Notes under the pieces: model-generated | What the model saw: only the letters and a program-made list of their open reading frames with translations | The model's database searches: none | Told to the model about the DNA's origin: nothing | From: an uncultured Clostridia bacterium | GTDB lineage: Bacteria; Bacillota; Clostridia; TANB77; CAG-508 | Reading direction: 5' to 3' | Assembly (NCBI GenBank): GCA_904381285.1 | Contig: CAJFII010000002.1 | Span: 35,782-99,781 of the forward strand | DNA length: 64,000 nucleotides | In this document: positions 29,712 to 39,957 of the stretch, in pieces | Layout: every line of letters starts with the position of its first letter | Position numbering within the stretch: position 1 is the stretch's first letter | Translations under genes and position numbers: made by a program

Positions 29712-30547
29712 TTATTTCTTTTTTAAACTTCCCTTATTTTCTTTTTCTAATTGCTTTAAACGCTTTTTAGGAGTTGGTAAGTCCTCTGGCATAGTTCCTC
29801 CAAGCTCTTTTATTGTTTTTCTTATTTTAGAACCTACTTCATAATGTGCTTTATTAGCTTCTTTTTCAATTTGTATGTTATCTTTCTTTAATTTTTGTTC
29901 TGTTTGGGAAATTCTAAATAGATTTGCAATAAGTTCATCACTTCCCATATTGTCTAAAATATCTTCTCTATATCTTAATCCTTTTCTTTTAGCAATATCA
30001 TCAGCAGTTTCTCCATTGTATAAGCCTTTATATCCAGAATTATGAAATCTATCAAAATTTTTAACTCCTGCATTTTTAGCAGTTTGATTAAGTGAGTAAT
30101 TTCCTTTTCTTGTTAAATCTCTTTGATAAAATCTTTTCTCATCTTCTGTTAGCATACTATATTGTTTTTCACTAATTTCTTGTTTTCTAGTTTGAACTGC
30201 AAAATATGTTTGAGCAAGAGCAATTACTTTTTTCCTGCTATCTCCATTTTGTGCTATTAAATAACAAGCATAACGAGTTAATTTATAATCTATTTGTTCT
30301 CTATATGCTCCTGAGCCGATTTTCACCATTTTACTGACGTCAATAAAATGGTCTAATATACTAATATCACTATTTTTGCACGACATTTTAGCTTTATTAA
30401 TTATCTTTTCAAAATTTTGCCAATTTGAATATTGTAGAACAGCATAAGTTCTCTAGCATACCAAAATTCAACACCATTTTCATCAATATGTTTTATATTT
30501 TCAAATGATTTATTATTATCTATATTTTTCAATAATATCATCTCCAT
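29712..30547 (-). pseudogene. DNA-damage-inducible protein D (DinD)-like gene, disrupted by a 1-nt frame change near 30443
   Basis: The N-terminal 35 codons (MEM...FENIKHIDENGVEFWYARELM) are in one frame, and ...AVLQYSNWQNFEKIINKAKMSCKNS... continues in the -1 frame (the listed 224-aa ORF). There is no CGG at this junction. Confidence 0.6.
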
Positions 30548-30733
30548 TTCACAATATTTTATTTTTATATTTCAAGCATAATTATAAAACATTTGTTTGT
30601 AAGAGTCAATCAAATTTTTCTATTTCTTTAACTTTTTACTTAACGATTTTTATATACATAGTATTTTTACAGAACTTTGACTCTGTCATAAGTCCTACCC
30701 CCTATAAGAGACAATAAATTTTGTTGTATTTTT

Positions 30734-30770
30734 GAAAAAAAATCAACCAGATTTTATTTTCTGATTGATT
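30734..30770 (-). terminator. Terminator after tRNA-Leu
   Basis: Minus strand AATCAATCAGA...TCTGGTTGATT hairpin followed by TTTTTTTT. Confidence 0.6.
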
Positions 30771-30811
30771 TTGTATCCATCTGTTCAATTTAGTTCGAAC
30801 AGAAACGTTAT

Positions 30812-30898
30812 TGGTGCCGGTGGTGGGACTCGAACCCACACGCCATTTCTGACAACAGATTTTGAGTCTGCCCCGTCTACCAATTCCAGCACACCGGC
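30812..30898 (-). tRNA. tRNA-Leu (anticodon CAA), type II with long variable arm, CCA encoded
   Basis: Minus strand GCCGGTG...CT[CAA]AA..., long variable arm, GGTTCGAGTCC T-arm, CACCGGC-A-CCA. Confidence 0.9.
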
Positions 30899-30920
30899 AT
30901 TTTTCTCTTGATTATCTTAC

Positions 30921-30959
30921 CATAAAATAAGAAGTTGGTCAATAGCACAACTTCTTATT
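30921..30959 (-). terminator. Terminator after deoB
   Basis: Perfect 12-bp stem AATAAGAAGTTG/CAACTTCTTATT followed by TTTTATGG on the minus strand. Confidence 0.65.
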
Positions 30960-31014
30960 TTTCCGTATTTTTGTATTCCATAGTTAATTTCTTCTTAATT
31001 TTTGTATTTTTATA

Positions 31015-32193
31015 TTATGCCTTAATTATTGCATCTTTAAATGATGTCCCTTCTAGTTGTTCCATATTAAAAATATCTAGTATAGTTGCTGATATATCTG
31101 CATAAGTACTTCTTATTCCTAAATTAACATTTGGTTTTACGTTTTTTCCATATACTAGTATTGGTATATATTCCCTTGAATGGTCTGTTGAAGGTGTTGA
31201 TGGATCATTTCCATGATCCGCTGTTATTATTAGAATATCTGTATCTTTCATATTTGAAATTATTTCAGGTAATTTATTATCAAAGTATTCTAATGCTTTT
31301 TCATAACCTTCTATATTATTTCTATGACCATATAACATATCAAAATCTACTAGGTTTGTAAATATTAGTCCTTCATTTTGTTTTCCTATTTCTTCTATTG
31401 TTTTTTCTATGCCATCAGCATTTCCACTTGTATGAATTTTCTTTGTAATTCCTCTTCCAGCAAATAAATCTTCTATTTTGCCTATTGCGATTACATCCTT
31501 TTTATTTTGGTTAATTATATCTAACATTGTTTTTCCAAAAGTTTCAGATTCAAAATCTTTTCTGTTGTATGTTCTTGTAAAGTTCTCAGGTTTGTCACCT
31601 ACAAATGGTCTTGCTATTACTGTTCCGACATTATATTTTGGATTATCTAAAATTTTTCTTGCTATTTTACAAATTCTATATAATTCTTCTACTGGAATTA
31701 CATCTTCATGTGCAGCTATTTGAAATACACTATCTGCTGATGTATAAATAATTGGATACCCTGTTTTTATATGTTCTTCTCCAAAACGTTTTAGTATTTC
31801 TGTTCCAGAACCTACTTCATTGCACAATATTCCTTTTACTCCAGTTTCTTTAATAAATTCATTAATTAAATCTTTCGGAAATGCATTTGGATATGTTTTA
31901 AACCCATTTTTTAAAATAAATCCTGATATCTCCCAATGTCCTACTGGACTATTTTTTCCTACTGATTGTTCTATTGCTTTTCCATAAGCACCTGCCACAT
32001 TTTCTTCTTTTTCATCAATACCTATTTGTGGAATATTATATAATCCTAACTTCTTCATATTAGGTAAGTTTAATTTTGTATTATCATAAATTCCTTTTAG
32101 AGTATTACTTCCTACATCACCATAATTATTAGCATCTGGTAATTCTCCTACACCAAATCCGTCTAACACAATTACAATTGCTCTATTTATCAT
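31015..32193 (-). CDS. deoB: Phosphopentomutase
   Basis: 392 aa. N-terminal VIVLDGFGVGE and C-terminal ITADHGNDP metalloenzyme blocks. Confidence 0.9.
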   Translation of the reverse strand: MINRAIVIVLDGFGVGELPDANNYGDVGSNTLKGIYDNTKLNLPNMKKLGLYNIPQIGIDEKEENVAGAYGKAIEQSVGKNSPVGHWEISGFILKNGFKTYPNAFPKDLINEFIKETGVKGILCNEVGSGTEILKRFGEEHIKTGYPIIYTSADSVFQIAAHEDVIPVEELYRICKIARKILDNPKYNVGTVIARPFVGDKPENFTRTYNRKDFESETFGKTMLDIINQNKKDVIAIGKIEDLFAGRGITKKIHTSGNADGIEKTIEEIGKQNEGLIFTNLVDFDMLYGHRNNIEGYEKALEYFDNKLPEIISNMKDTDILIITADHGNDPSTPSTDHSREYIPILVYGKNVKPNVNLGIRSTYADISATILDIFNMEQLEGTSFKDAIIKA

Positions 32194-32209
32194 CTTGTGT
32201 TCCTTCTTT

Positions 32210-34480
32210 CTATTTTGTTTTTTCAGTTAAATCATATTCATATAAATTTATTTTTTTGGTACTAAATTTAAATTCGTCAACTTCAATATTTATTCTAAAA
32301 TCATCTTTACAAACTTGCTTAAGTTCATAATTATCTAAATTTATTAACCCTTTTGTTTCAACATTCATACCTAAAGGTAATGTTTTGTTATAGTTGTTAT
32401 AATATATACTATTAGAGAAATATATAACTTTAGTATTTTCATCTATATTTATTTTATACAAATCAATTTGACTATTATCTTCGTATTCTTCAATTGCTTT
32501 TTCTGGGTTTATATCAAAAGTTTTTAATCCTTGTAAATTGTTTTCATCATTCGAAGCTATGTATATTGGAATTATAGGTAATCCTTTGCATTTATCTAAA
32601 GAATTATTAATATTATCTAATATTTGTGTTAATTTGTCTTTATATTCTTCTAGAGTTGTATTACTATTTATATCCAATATTTTTAATTTATCTCTTAAAT
32701 TTTCTCTATGTTTCTTATTTCCTAGCATTTTTATTTTTGTACTATCTTCTTGTATATCTCCAAAAATATCAGGTTTATCTGTATCAAATAATATTCTTTT
32801 TGTTTGAAGTTCATCTTCTAATTTTTCTAAACTCTTTTTTAAAACATCTTCATCATCAATATTATTTAAAGTATTTAAAATTCCTGTTGTTGCAATGAAA
32901 ATAGAATCTAAGTCTTGTTTTGTATAAATACTTCTTTGTTGTTTATCAACTAATGTACCTATTTCTTCTAAATCTTCTTCATAGTTATATACTTTTTGAA
33001 TTTTCTTGTTGCTTGTAGTACTTTCATCTGTAGCTTGATTCAACATTAATTTTTCATCTTTATTTGCAAATTTCCAAAATTCAAATATGCTTTTTTCGTG
33101 GTCATCTATTTCTTGAATATATAAATTTGCATTATTTATTTTTGTTTCCATGCTTTCTATTTTATTTTTTAAAGCATTTGTATCTAAGGTTAAATTTTTT
33201 ACTTTTACCTTTAGTTCATCTAATTCTTTATATATTTTTATTATATCTTCAATTGTATAGTATTCTTTTTTAATAAAATCAATTTTTGGTATTTCTTTTT
33301 TTATTTCTATATTTTTTTGTTCTTTTTTGTTTTTTTCTTCTTTAATATTTTTCTTCATTTTTTTAGCTTTGAAAAAGTATTTTACTCTTCCAAAAAATGT
33401 TTTTCTACATTCTAAATAAGTAGCTATTTGCCTTTCTTTTGATAGGTATTCCTCGTCTTTGCTTTTAGAAATTATTTTTAATTTTTCTAATTCTTCTTCC
33501 ATTTGAACTTTATCATTTTCTAGTTTTATAATTTCATCTTTTGCTTTATCATATTCCTTATTTAACATTAATAACATGTTATCATATGTTATTTTTTTAC
33601 TATTATATCTAAATTCTAAACAACCATATCTATCAATTTTTACTATAAAATTATAATAGTGAGGTAATTCAGTAGATAATATAAATAATGCTTTTAATAA
33701 TTTATAGAATTTTACTGCATCTTCTTTACTTTCTAATTTTATTTTATATGTACTACTTATACCTTTATATACAAAAGTTTCACCTATAATTTGAATAGAT
33801 AAGTTTCCTTTTTTATCAGACACTTCATATATATTTGGCCAATTCTTTGTAAAGAACCACAAATATTTTTCAATATCTGATATTTCTAAGTTTTTAAGAT
33901 ACTTGTTTGAATAATTTTCATAACATATTGGTACAAATATCATTTCATCTTTTTTAGTTTTGCTGTATTCTATTTGCTTTTTTAATAAATAGAAAAATGT
34001 AGCATATTCTAAATCATTTGTTGGCACTAACATAAAATATATGTCTTGTAAATCTGAATAGTAGATTTGCCATAAATAGTTTTCTTCAAATTTTACTTTA
34101 AATGGCATTTGCTTACTTAATTTTTTTTGTTCTTCTTGTACTTCTTCTATTTCTTCTATTTTTACCTCTTTTAACATTTTCAAAAATGTTGTGTGTCTTA
34201 ATATATCCTCTTCCTTTTCTGGCACTACATAACTAACTAAATTGCTTGCTTTACTATATTTTTCTTTAATTGTATTCATTCTATTTGCTGGAGTTAATAA
34301 GATTTGTATTTTAGAAATCGGAATATATCTATATACTTTATATTCATTTTCTTCATAAGCTTTTAAAGGTCTATATTCAATATTAATAGGTTTTTTAATA
34401 AATTCTGGAATATTTTCTAAATCTAAACCTATATAATCTAATTTTTCTTTAATAATATCTTCATTAGTAATCTTAGGCAT
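32210..34480 (-). CDS. Large hypothetical protein with a central coiled-coil region
   Basis: 756-aa uninterrupted ORF with AGGAGGTAAATATG at its start. K/E-rich heptad-like middle section. No family recognised. Confidence 0.5.
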   Translation of the reverse strand: MPKITNEDIIKEKLDYIGLDLENIPEFIKKPINIEYRPLKAYEENEYKVYRYIPISKIQILLTPANRMNTIKEKYSKASNLVSYVVPEKEEDILRHTTFLKMLKEVKIEEIEEVQEEQKKLSKQMPFKVKFEENYLWQIYYSDLQDIYFMLVPTNDLEYATFFYLLKKQIEYSKTKKDEMIFVPICYENYSNKYLKNLEISDIEKYLWFFTKNWPNIYEVSDKKGNLSIQIIGETFVYKGISSTYKIKLESKEDAVKFYKLLKALFILSTELPHYYNFIVKIDRYGCLEFRYNSKKITYDNMLLMLNKEYDKAKDEIIKLENDKVQMEEELEKLKIISKSKDEEYLSKERQIATYLECRKTFFGRVKYFFKAKKMKKNIKEEKNKKEQKNIEIKKEIPKIDFIKKEYYTIEDIIKIYKELDELKVKVKNLTLDTNALKNKIESMETKINNANLYIQEIDDHEKSIFEFWKFANKDEKLMLNQATDESTTSNKKIQKVYNYEEDLEEIGTLVDKQQRSIYTKQDLDSIFIATTGILNTLNNIDDEDVLKKSLEKLEDELQTKRILFDTDKPDIFGDIQEDSTKIKMLGNKKHRENLRDKLKILDINSNTTLEEYKDKLTQILDNINNSLDKCKGLPIIPIYIASNDENNLQGLKTFDINPEKAIEEYEDNSQIDLYKINIDENTKVIYFSNSIYYNNYNKTLPLGMNVETKGLINLDNYELKQVCKDDFRINIEVDEFKFSTKKINLYEYDLTEKTK

Positions 34481-34558
34481 ATTTACCTCCTAAAAAAATT
34501 CATTTTTACTTTGCCTAGTATATCATAAATGAATTATTCATACAATATAAATACATTA

Positions 34559-34584
34559 AAACGCTTCAAATAAATGAAGCGTTT
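34559..34584 (-). terminator. Terminator after 34597-35505
   Basis: Perfect 10-bp stem AAACGCTTCA/TGAAGCGTTT followed by TTTTAA on the minus strand. Confidence 0.6.
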
Positions 34585-34596
34585 ATAAAAGTATAA

Positions 34597-35505
34597 TTAT
34601 TTTCCTAAGAATAAATATATTAATAATGCAATAAAACCTACAATGAATATAATGGTCATTATTCTATTCATGTTTAAACCAATTGTATTTTGACTTTCTT
34701 TTAATTTTTCAGCTACTAAAGGCATATTATCCGGTAAATTCTCTTCACCATCTTGTTCAATAATGCGAGGAATAAAATCTTCTTTATATTTGCTAAGCAA
34801 TTCTTTTTGATGTGTATGCAAACTTCGTTTCACTTTTCCAAGTCCTTTTCCATCTTCGTCTTCATAATTTAATTGATGCATCATAACTGTTATTAAAGCA
34901 ACATATTCAAACCAGTCTTCATTTATAATATACATTGTATATCTTGATTTACCATTTTGTATTTGCATCCTTTTTGATACTGTTGCTATCATATTCTCTT
35001 TTGAATCATATATGCAGAATAATATAGATTGATCATCTTTCCCTATTTCATAACAATTTAATTCTACATTATTTATAACCAATTTTCTATAATAATATGA
35101 TTGCATCGTTCCTTCTGCTTTTTGAGAAACCCATTGAAATTCTCCTATTTGTTGATTATTCGCATCAAAGATCTTAGGTTGTATAGTTTCATACATTGCA
35201 TCAAGTGATTTATCTTTTAGCATTTGTCCCATCATACTAGTAATGCTACTTATTGTACCTATATTTGAATTTTGTTCCCAAAATTTTATTATATATTGGT
35301 TATCTTTTGATTTTACAGATATTTGATAATCATCTTTATCTAAGTGTCCCTCCACTTCACAAATCTGCTCATTATTTGCAATCATAATCCCCTTATATGG
35401 GAACATTGTATTTCTATTTTTTAGTTCTATATTATTAATATTTATGTTTCCACCATATTGTATGTCAGTTTTCATTTTAATATATTCACAAATCATTTTT
35501 ATCAC
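34597..35505 (-). CDS. Hypothetical protein with a C-terminal TM anchor
   Basis: 302-aa ORF with a C-terminal hydrophobic helix (IMTIIFIVGFIALLIYLFLG). No family recognised. Confidence 0.45.
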   Translation of the reverse strand: MIKMICEYIKMKTDIQYGGNININNIELKNRNTMFPYKGIMIANNEQICEVEGHLDKDDYQISVKSKDNQYIIKFWEQNSNIGTISSITSMMGQMLKDKSLDAMYETIQPKIFDANNQQIGEFQWVSQKAEGTMQSYYYRKLVINNVELNCYEIGKDDQSILFCIYDSKENMIATVSKRMQIQNGKSRYTMYIINEDWFEYVALITVMMHQLNYEDEDGKGLGKVKRSLHTHQKELLSKYKEDFIPRIIEQDGEENLPDNMPLVAEKLKESQNTIGLNMNRIMTIIFIVGFIALLIYLFLGK

Positions 35506-35513
35506 CTATTATC

Positions 35514-36636
35514 TTATTTAAAATTATTTTTTCTTATTTGTATTAACGCAAATACTGCACTTATTATTAAAATACATGTAGTAAATATAATAATTAATGA
35601 TTCTCCTGTCTGTGGTATAGGTGTTGTTGCTATAGTATTATCCTGTTGAGGTTGTTGAGATGGTTCTTTCTCTGGTTTTTCATCAGTTGGTGGATTTTCT
35701 TCTTCATTATTTTGTAAATTCCATACGAATCTATTATCCGTATAATTAGCTAAACACATATTCTCTCCTGTAGATATTATTGCTTGATATAGTGATACAT
35801 CCTCTACAGGTTCATAAGTTCCATTTTCGTCATCCATTGATAAATATGCGTAATAATATTCCCCTTTTACCAAATTTAATTTATTTATAATAGATTCATT
35901 TTTTCCTAAATCCAGTGTACCATTAATAGCATTGGTTTGTTTTTTTGCGTAATCCATTAATTTATTTAAACAATCCGTCTCACTATTTTTTATAGATTCT
36001 AAAACACTTAAATCTGTTACTTTTCCTATTTTATAATTTACTTTTCTCTCTTTTCTATCATCATAGCACTCATATAAAGATGTAGTTGTTCCATTTTCAT
36101 TAAAATATGCATTTATACGTAATCCTAATTGTAAAGGTTCTATTTTATCTAGTTCCTTTTTTTCTACTAACATTTTTTCATTTCCGTCAATTCTTTCCTT
36201 TATCCAGATATAAAGTTTATCTCCTTTTTTTTCATAAGATTCTGTTATATCCGTATATTCTTGTCCTTGCGAAACACTACCGTAAAAAATCCCACTTATC
36301 ACTTTCTAAACTTATATTATCATTTTTATTAGTAGATGTATATATACTTAATTGTTCATTCTCTAAGTTCACATTTGAAATTCTTAAATACATTCTATTA
36401 TGGCTTTCTTTTATTGAAGGATATAATTCGTCATATGGAACAATGCTATATATAGCCTTAGAAAAATCTGTCCATACTATGTCTTCATTTTGCTCTTCTG
36501 TTTCTATAGCTTCTTTCTTTATTTTATCTTCATCAATAGTATTTGTTATTTTTTCATCCGTTTTTGCATAAACGTATGTTGTCATTACTATTACACTTAG
36601 CAATATTAATACTAAATATTTAAATAATTTTTTCAT
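35514..36636 (-). CDS. Sortase-anchored (IPQTG) surface protein; reading frame needs a +1 shift at CGG 36282-36280
   Basis: ORF 36277-36636 carries only the signal peptide and ends ...TTA CGG TAG. ORF 35514-36302 lacks a signal peptide but ends with IPQTG, a hydrophobic stretch and IRKNNFK. Dropping the C (TTA c GGT AGT GTT...) fuses them. Confidence 0.65.
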
Positions 36637-36756
36637 AATTTATCCCCTCATTCTTTTGTATTTTTATATTACAAGTTTATATTATCAATAAAAATTTATA
36701 AAGTCAATTATATTATTAATTTTTTCAAAGTTTTTGTATTAAGCCTTTTTAAATTA

Positions 36757-38688
36757 TTATTTTACATGGTTTTCAATTTCAGTTTTTATTTTTTCTATAA
36801 ACTCGCAAAGCTCAATAGCTCCAATGTCACCATCACTTCTTGAACGAACTCCTACTGTGTTGTTTTGCATTTCTTTTTCGCCTATTACAAGCATATATGG
36901 AATTTTTTGAAGTTGTGCTTCCCTTATTTTATATCCGATTTTTTCATTTCTAGAATCTAGTTCAACTCTTATTTCTTCTTTTTCTAATTCTTCTTTTACT
37001 TTATTTGCATACTCTATATTATTATCTGTTATTGGTAATATTTTTACTTGTACTGGTGCAAGCCATGTTGGAAATGCTCCCTTTGTTTCTTCTATTAAGA
37101 ATGATAAAAATCTATCAAATGTTCCAAGTATTGCTCTATGAATAACAACAGGTGTATGTTCTTTTCCATCTTCTCCTATATATGATAATTCAAATCTTCT
37201 AGGTAATAAGAAATCTAACTGACAAGTTGAGATTGTTATATCATGCCCCAATGCTGTTTTTATTTGAACATCTAGTTTAGGTCCGTAAAATGCCGCTTCT
37301 CCTTCTGCCTCATAGAAATTAATATTTGATTCTTTCAAAATACTACGTAATTGATTTTCTGCCATATCCCACATTTCATCATCATCAAAATATTTTTCTT
37401 TATCGTTTTTGTCTCTTAATGATAATCTAAATGTATATTCATTAAATCCAAAATCTTTATAAACAGATAAGATTAGTTCTACTACCTTTTTAAATTCTTC
37501 TTTTATTTGGTCTGGTCTTACAAATAGGTGCGCATCATTTTGGCACATTTCACGAACTCTCTCTAGTCCACAAACATTTCCACTTGCTTCATATCTAAAG
37601 TCATGTGCAAGTTCACCTATTCTAATTGGTAAATCCCTATATGAACGCATTCTATTTTTATATATTAACATATGATGTGGACAATTCATTGGCCTTAACA
37701 CTATTTCTTCATTCTCCATTTTCATTACAGGAAACATATCTTCTTTATAATGATCCCAATGTCCACTTGTTTTATATAATTCAACATTCGCTAATGATGG
37801 AGTATATACATGGCTATATCCCATCTTTACTTCTTTATCTTGAATATATCTTTCTAATATTCTTCTTACTGTTGCTCCTTTTGGTAGATACATTGGTAAG
37901 CCTGAACCAACTAGTTCATGTGTCATAAATAATTCTAATTCTTTTCCAATTTTTCTATGGTCTCTATTTTTTGCTTCTTCTAGTAATTGTAAATGTTCCT
38001 CTAATGCACTTGCTTTTGGAAATGAAATTGCATAAATTCTTTGTAGAGTTTTATTTTTTTCGTCTCCTCTCCAATACGCACTAGATGATGAAAGTATTTT
38101 TATTGCTTTTATTTTTCCTGTACTCATTAAATGAGGTCCTGCACAAAGGTCTGTAAACTCTCCTTGTTTATAGAAAGATATTTCTTCACCTTCTGGTAAA
38201 TCTTCTATAAGTTCTACTTTATATGGTTCTTCTTTTTGTTCCATAAGTTCAATTGCTTCTTTTCTTGATAATGTAAATCTTTCTATTGATAAGTCTTCTT
38301 TTATTATTTTTTTCATTTCTTTTTCTATATTTTCTTTGTCTTCATCTGTAAATGGCTTTTCTACATCAAAATCATAATAAAATCCCTCATCTATAGCTGG
38401 TCCAATTGCAAGCTTAACTTCTGGGAACAATCTTTTTACTGCTTGTGCCATTATATGTGATGTTGTATGCCAATAAGCTTTTTTACCATTTAAGTCATTT
38501 TCAAATGTTAATATATTTACACTTGAATCTTCTTCTAAAGTGTATCTTAAATCTTTTATTTCTCCATTTACTTCTGCTGCTGTTGCAACTCTTGCTAAAC
38601 CTTCGCTAATCTCTTTTGCAAGTTCTAATACTGAAATACCTTTTTCTACTTCTCTTATTGAGCCATCTTTTAATGTTATTTTTATCAT
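36757..38688 (-). CDS. thrS: Threonine--tRNA ligase
   Basis: 643 aa with TGS, second-additional-domain (HTTSH), class II core and anticodon-binding regions. AAGGAGG RBS. Confidence 0.95.
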   Translation of the reverse strand: MIKITLKDGSIREVEKGISVLELAKEISEGLARVATAAEVNGEIKDLRYTLEEDSSVNILTFENDLNGKKAYWHTTSHIMAQAVKRLFPEVKLAIGPAIDEGFYYDFDVEKPFTDEDKENIEKEMKKIIKEDLSIERFTLSRKEAIELMEQKEEPYKVELIEDLPEGEEISFYKQGEFTDLCAGPHLMSTGKIKAIKILSSSSAYWRGDEKNKTLQRIYAISFPKASALEEHLQLLEEAKNRDHRKIGKELELFMTHELVGSGLPMYLPKGATVRRILERYIQDKEVKMGYSHVYTPSLANVELYKTSGHWDHYKEDMFPVMKMENEEIVLRPMNCPHHMLIYKNRMRSYRDLPIRIGELAHDFRYEASGNVCGLERVREMCQNDAHLFVRPDQIKEEFKKVVELILSVYKDFGFNEYTFRLSLRDKNDKEKYFDDDEMWDMAENQLRSILKESNINFYEAEGEAAFYGPKLDVQIKTALGHDITISTCQLDFLLPRRFELSYIGEDGKEHTPVVIHRAILGTFDRFLSFLIEETKGAFPTWLAPVQVKILPITDNNIEYANKVKEELEKEEIRVELDSRNEKIGYKIREAQLQKIPYMLVIGEKEMQNNTVGVRSRSDGDIGAIELCEFIEKIKTEIENHVK

Positions 38689-38701
38689 AATATATTCCTC
38701 C

Positions 38702-39436
38702 TTATTTTATTTTTTCACTATTTCCTACTTCTTCTTGTATTCCTAACATCCTTCTAATGCCTTCTTCATAGAATGGATACTTATATCTTTTTTGTCTAAA
38801 CTTTTCCCATGCTCTTATTTTATCAACTTCTTCTAAATCTGTAACTTCTTCTTTAGAAATTCGTTTTGCACCAACTATTTCAACATCTTGTAATTTGTCT
38901 GAACTTGAAATATCATAATATTCCTCACGTCTTCTTGATATCACCTTGGTAACTAAAGGATTTTGTTTTTCTCTTTGTATTATTACTCTTCCTTTTCCTT
39001 GTTTAGTAATAATTCTTTTTTGTTCAATTCCTTCTTCATCCATATATGACTCTATTTTAATTTGTCTATTAAGTATTCCATTTTCATCTAAATCTATTGT
39101 TCTTTTTAATTCTCCAGATTCTAATAGTTCATAAATATATGTTTCATCTTTAGTATAATTGCTATCACGATATTGTGGTTTTCTTATTATTATATTTCCA
39201 TAATCATTAACTTCTAAAAAACCTGGTGAAGATAAGAGTCCTTCCATTCTGTCCATTATTTGCTTTTCATAATACATACTTCCTATATCTTCTGTTAAAT
39301 TTCCTATTGTTTTAGCAATATTTACTATAATATCATTAATTTCTGAACATCTTGGATTCCTTAATATTGATTTATTCACAAAGTTTTTTTCTAAGTTACT
39401 TAGTATTATTGGTGATATATATACTTCATCTTTCAT
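38702..39436 (-). CDS. Hypothetical protein, first gene after the Thr T-box leader
   Basis: 244-aa ORF (start moved to the ATG at 39436, after GAGGAG). It stops 13 nt before the thrS start. No family recognised. Confidence 0.5.
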   Translation of the reverse strand: MKDEVYISPIILSNLEKNFVNKSILRNPRCSEINDIIVNIAKTIGNLTEDIGSMYYEKQIMDRMEGLLSSPGFLEVNDYGNIIIRKPQYRDSNYTKDETYIYELLESGELKRTIDLDENGILNRQIKIESYMDEEGIEQKRIITKQGKGRVIIQREKQNPLVTKVISRRREEYYDISSSDKLQDVEIVGAKRISKEEVTDLEEVDKIRAWEKFRQKRYKYPFYEEGIRRMLGIQEEVGNSEKIK

Positions 39437-39471
39437 ACTACTCCTCATTTCTATTTAAAACTTAATGATAA

Positions 39472-39715
39472 CAAAAATCACACTCCTACAAGATATTTTA
39501 ATTCTTGTAGGGGTGTGATTTTATTCACACGGTTCCACCCTATTTTTTACTTAATTTATGATTATAACGGCATCACCGTCTAGCTTTACTAGAAACTTCA
39601 GCAAGGTAGTTTTTCAAATACGTTTTCTTGTAACGGTTTTCAGCCTATGACCTTTACTCTCTTTTAGAAACCTTTATTTTACTTTGTCTTGCTTATATAG
39701 TTTTTACATATTACA
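39472..39715 (-). promoter_or_regulatory. T-box riboswitch leader, candidate Thr (ACC) specifier
   Basis: Minus-strand T-box motif AATAGGGTGGAACCGTG (39544-39528). A 17-bp terminator stem (ATCACACCCCTACAAGA/TCTTGTAGGAGTGTGAT, two mismatches) plus U-run lies at 39519-39472. 'GAAAACCG' contains ACC at 39637-39635. Confidence 0.8.
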
Positions 39716-39721
39716 TAATAT

Positions 39722-39750
39722 ATATTACAACCATTCTTTCATTTTGTCAA
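39722..39750 (-). promoter_or_regulatory. SigmaA-type promoter of the T-box leader (TTGACA-17-TAATAT)
   Basis: TTGACA at 39750-39745 and TAATAT at 39727-39722. Confidence 0.5.
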
Positions 39751-39756
39751 TACATC

Positions 39757-39942
39757 TTATAAATTATCTATCTTTTGTTGTAGATTATATACATTTTGTT
39801 CTAATGCATTTATTGTTTCTTGTTTTTCAAAGCTGTGTACAAAATATCCTACAATAAAACCTAATATAAAAATACCCACAACTAAAAGTACACTTTTTAT
39901 CCATTGTTCTTTTTGATACATTTCTTTATCATATATTTTCAT
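39757..39942 (-). CDS. Small membrane protein, hypothetical
   Basis: 61 aa with one TM (SVLLVVGIFILGFIVGYFV) and a short coiled C-terminus. Confidence 0.4.
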   Translation of the reverse strand: MKIYDKEMYQKEQWIKSVLLVVGIFILGFIVGYFVHSFEKQETINALEQNVYNLQQKIDNL

Positions 39943-39957
39943 TAGCTTTCCTTCTTT

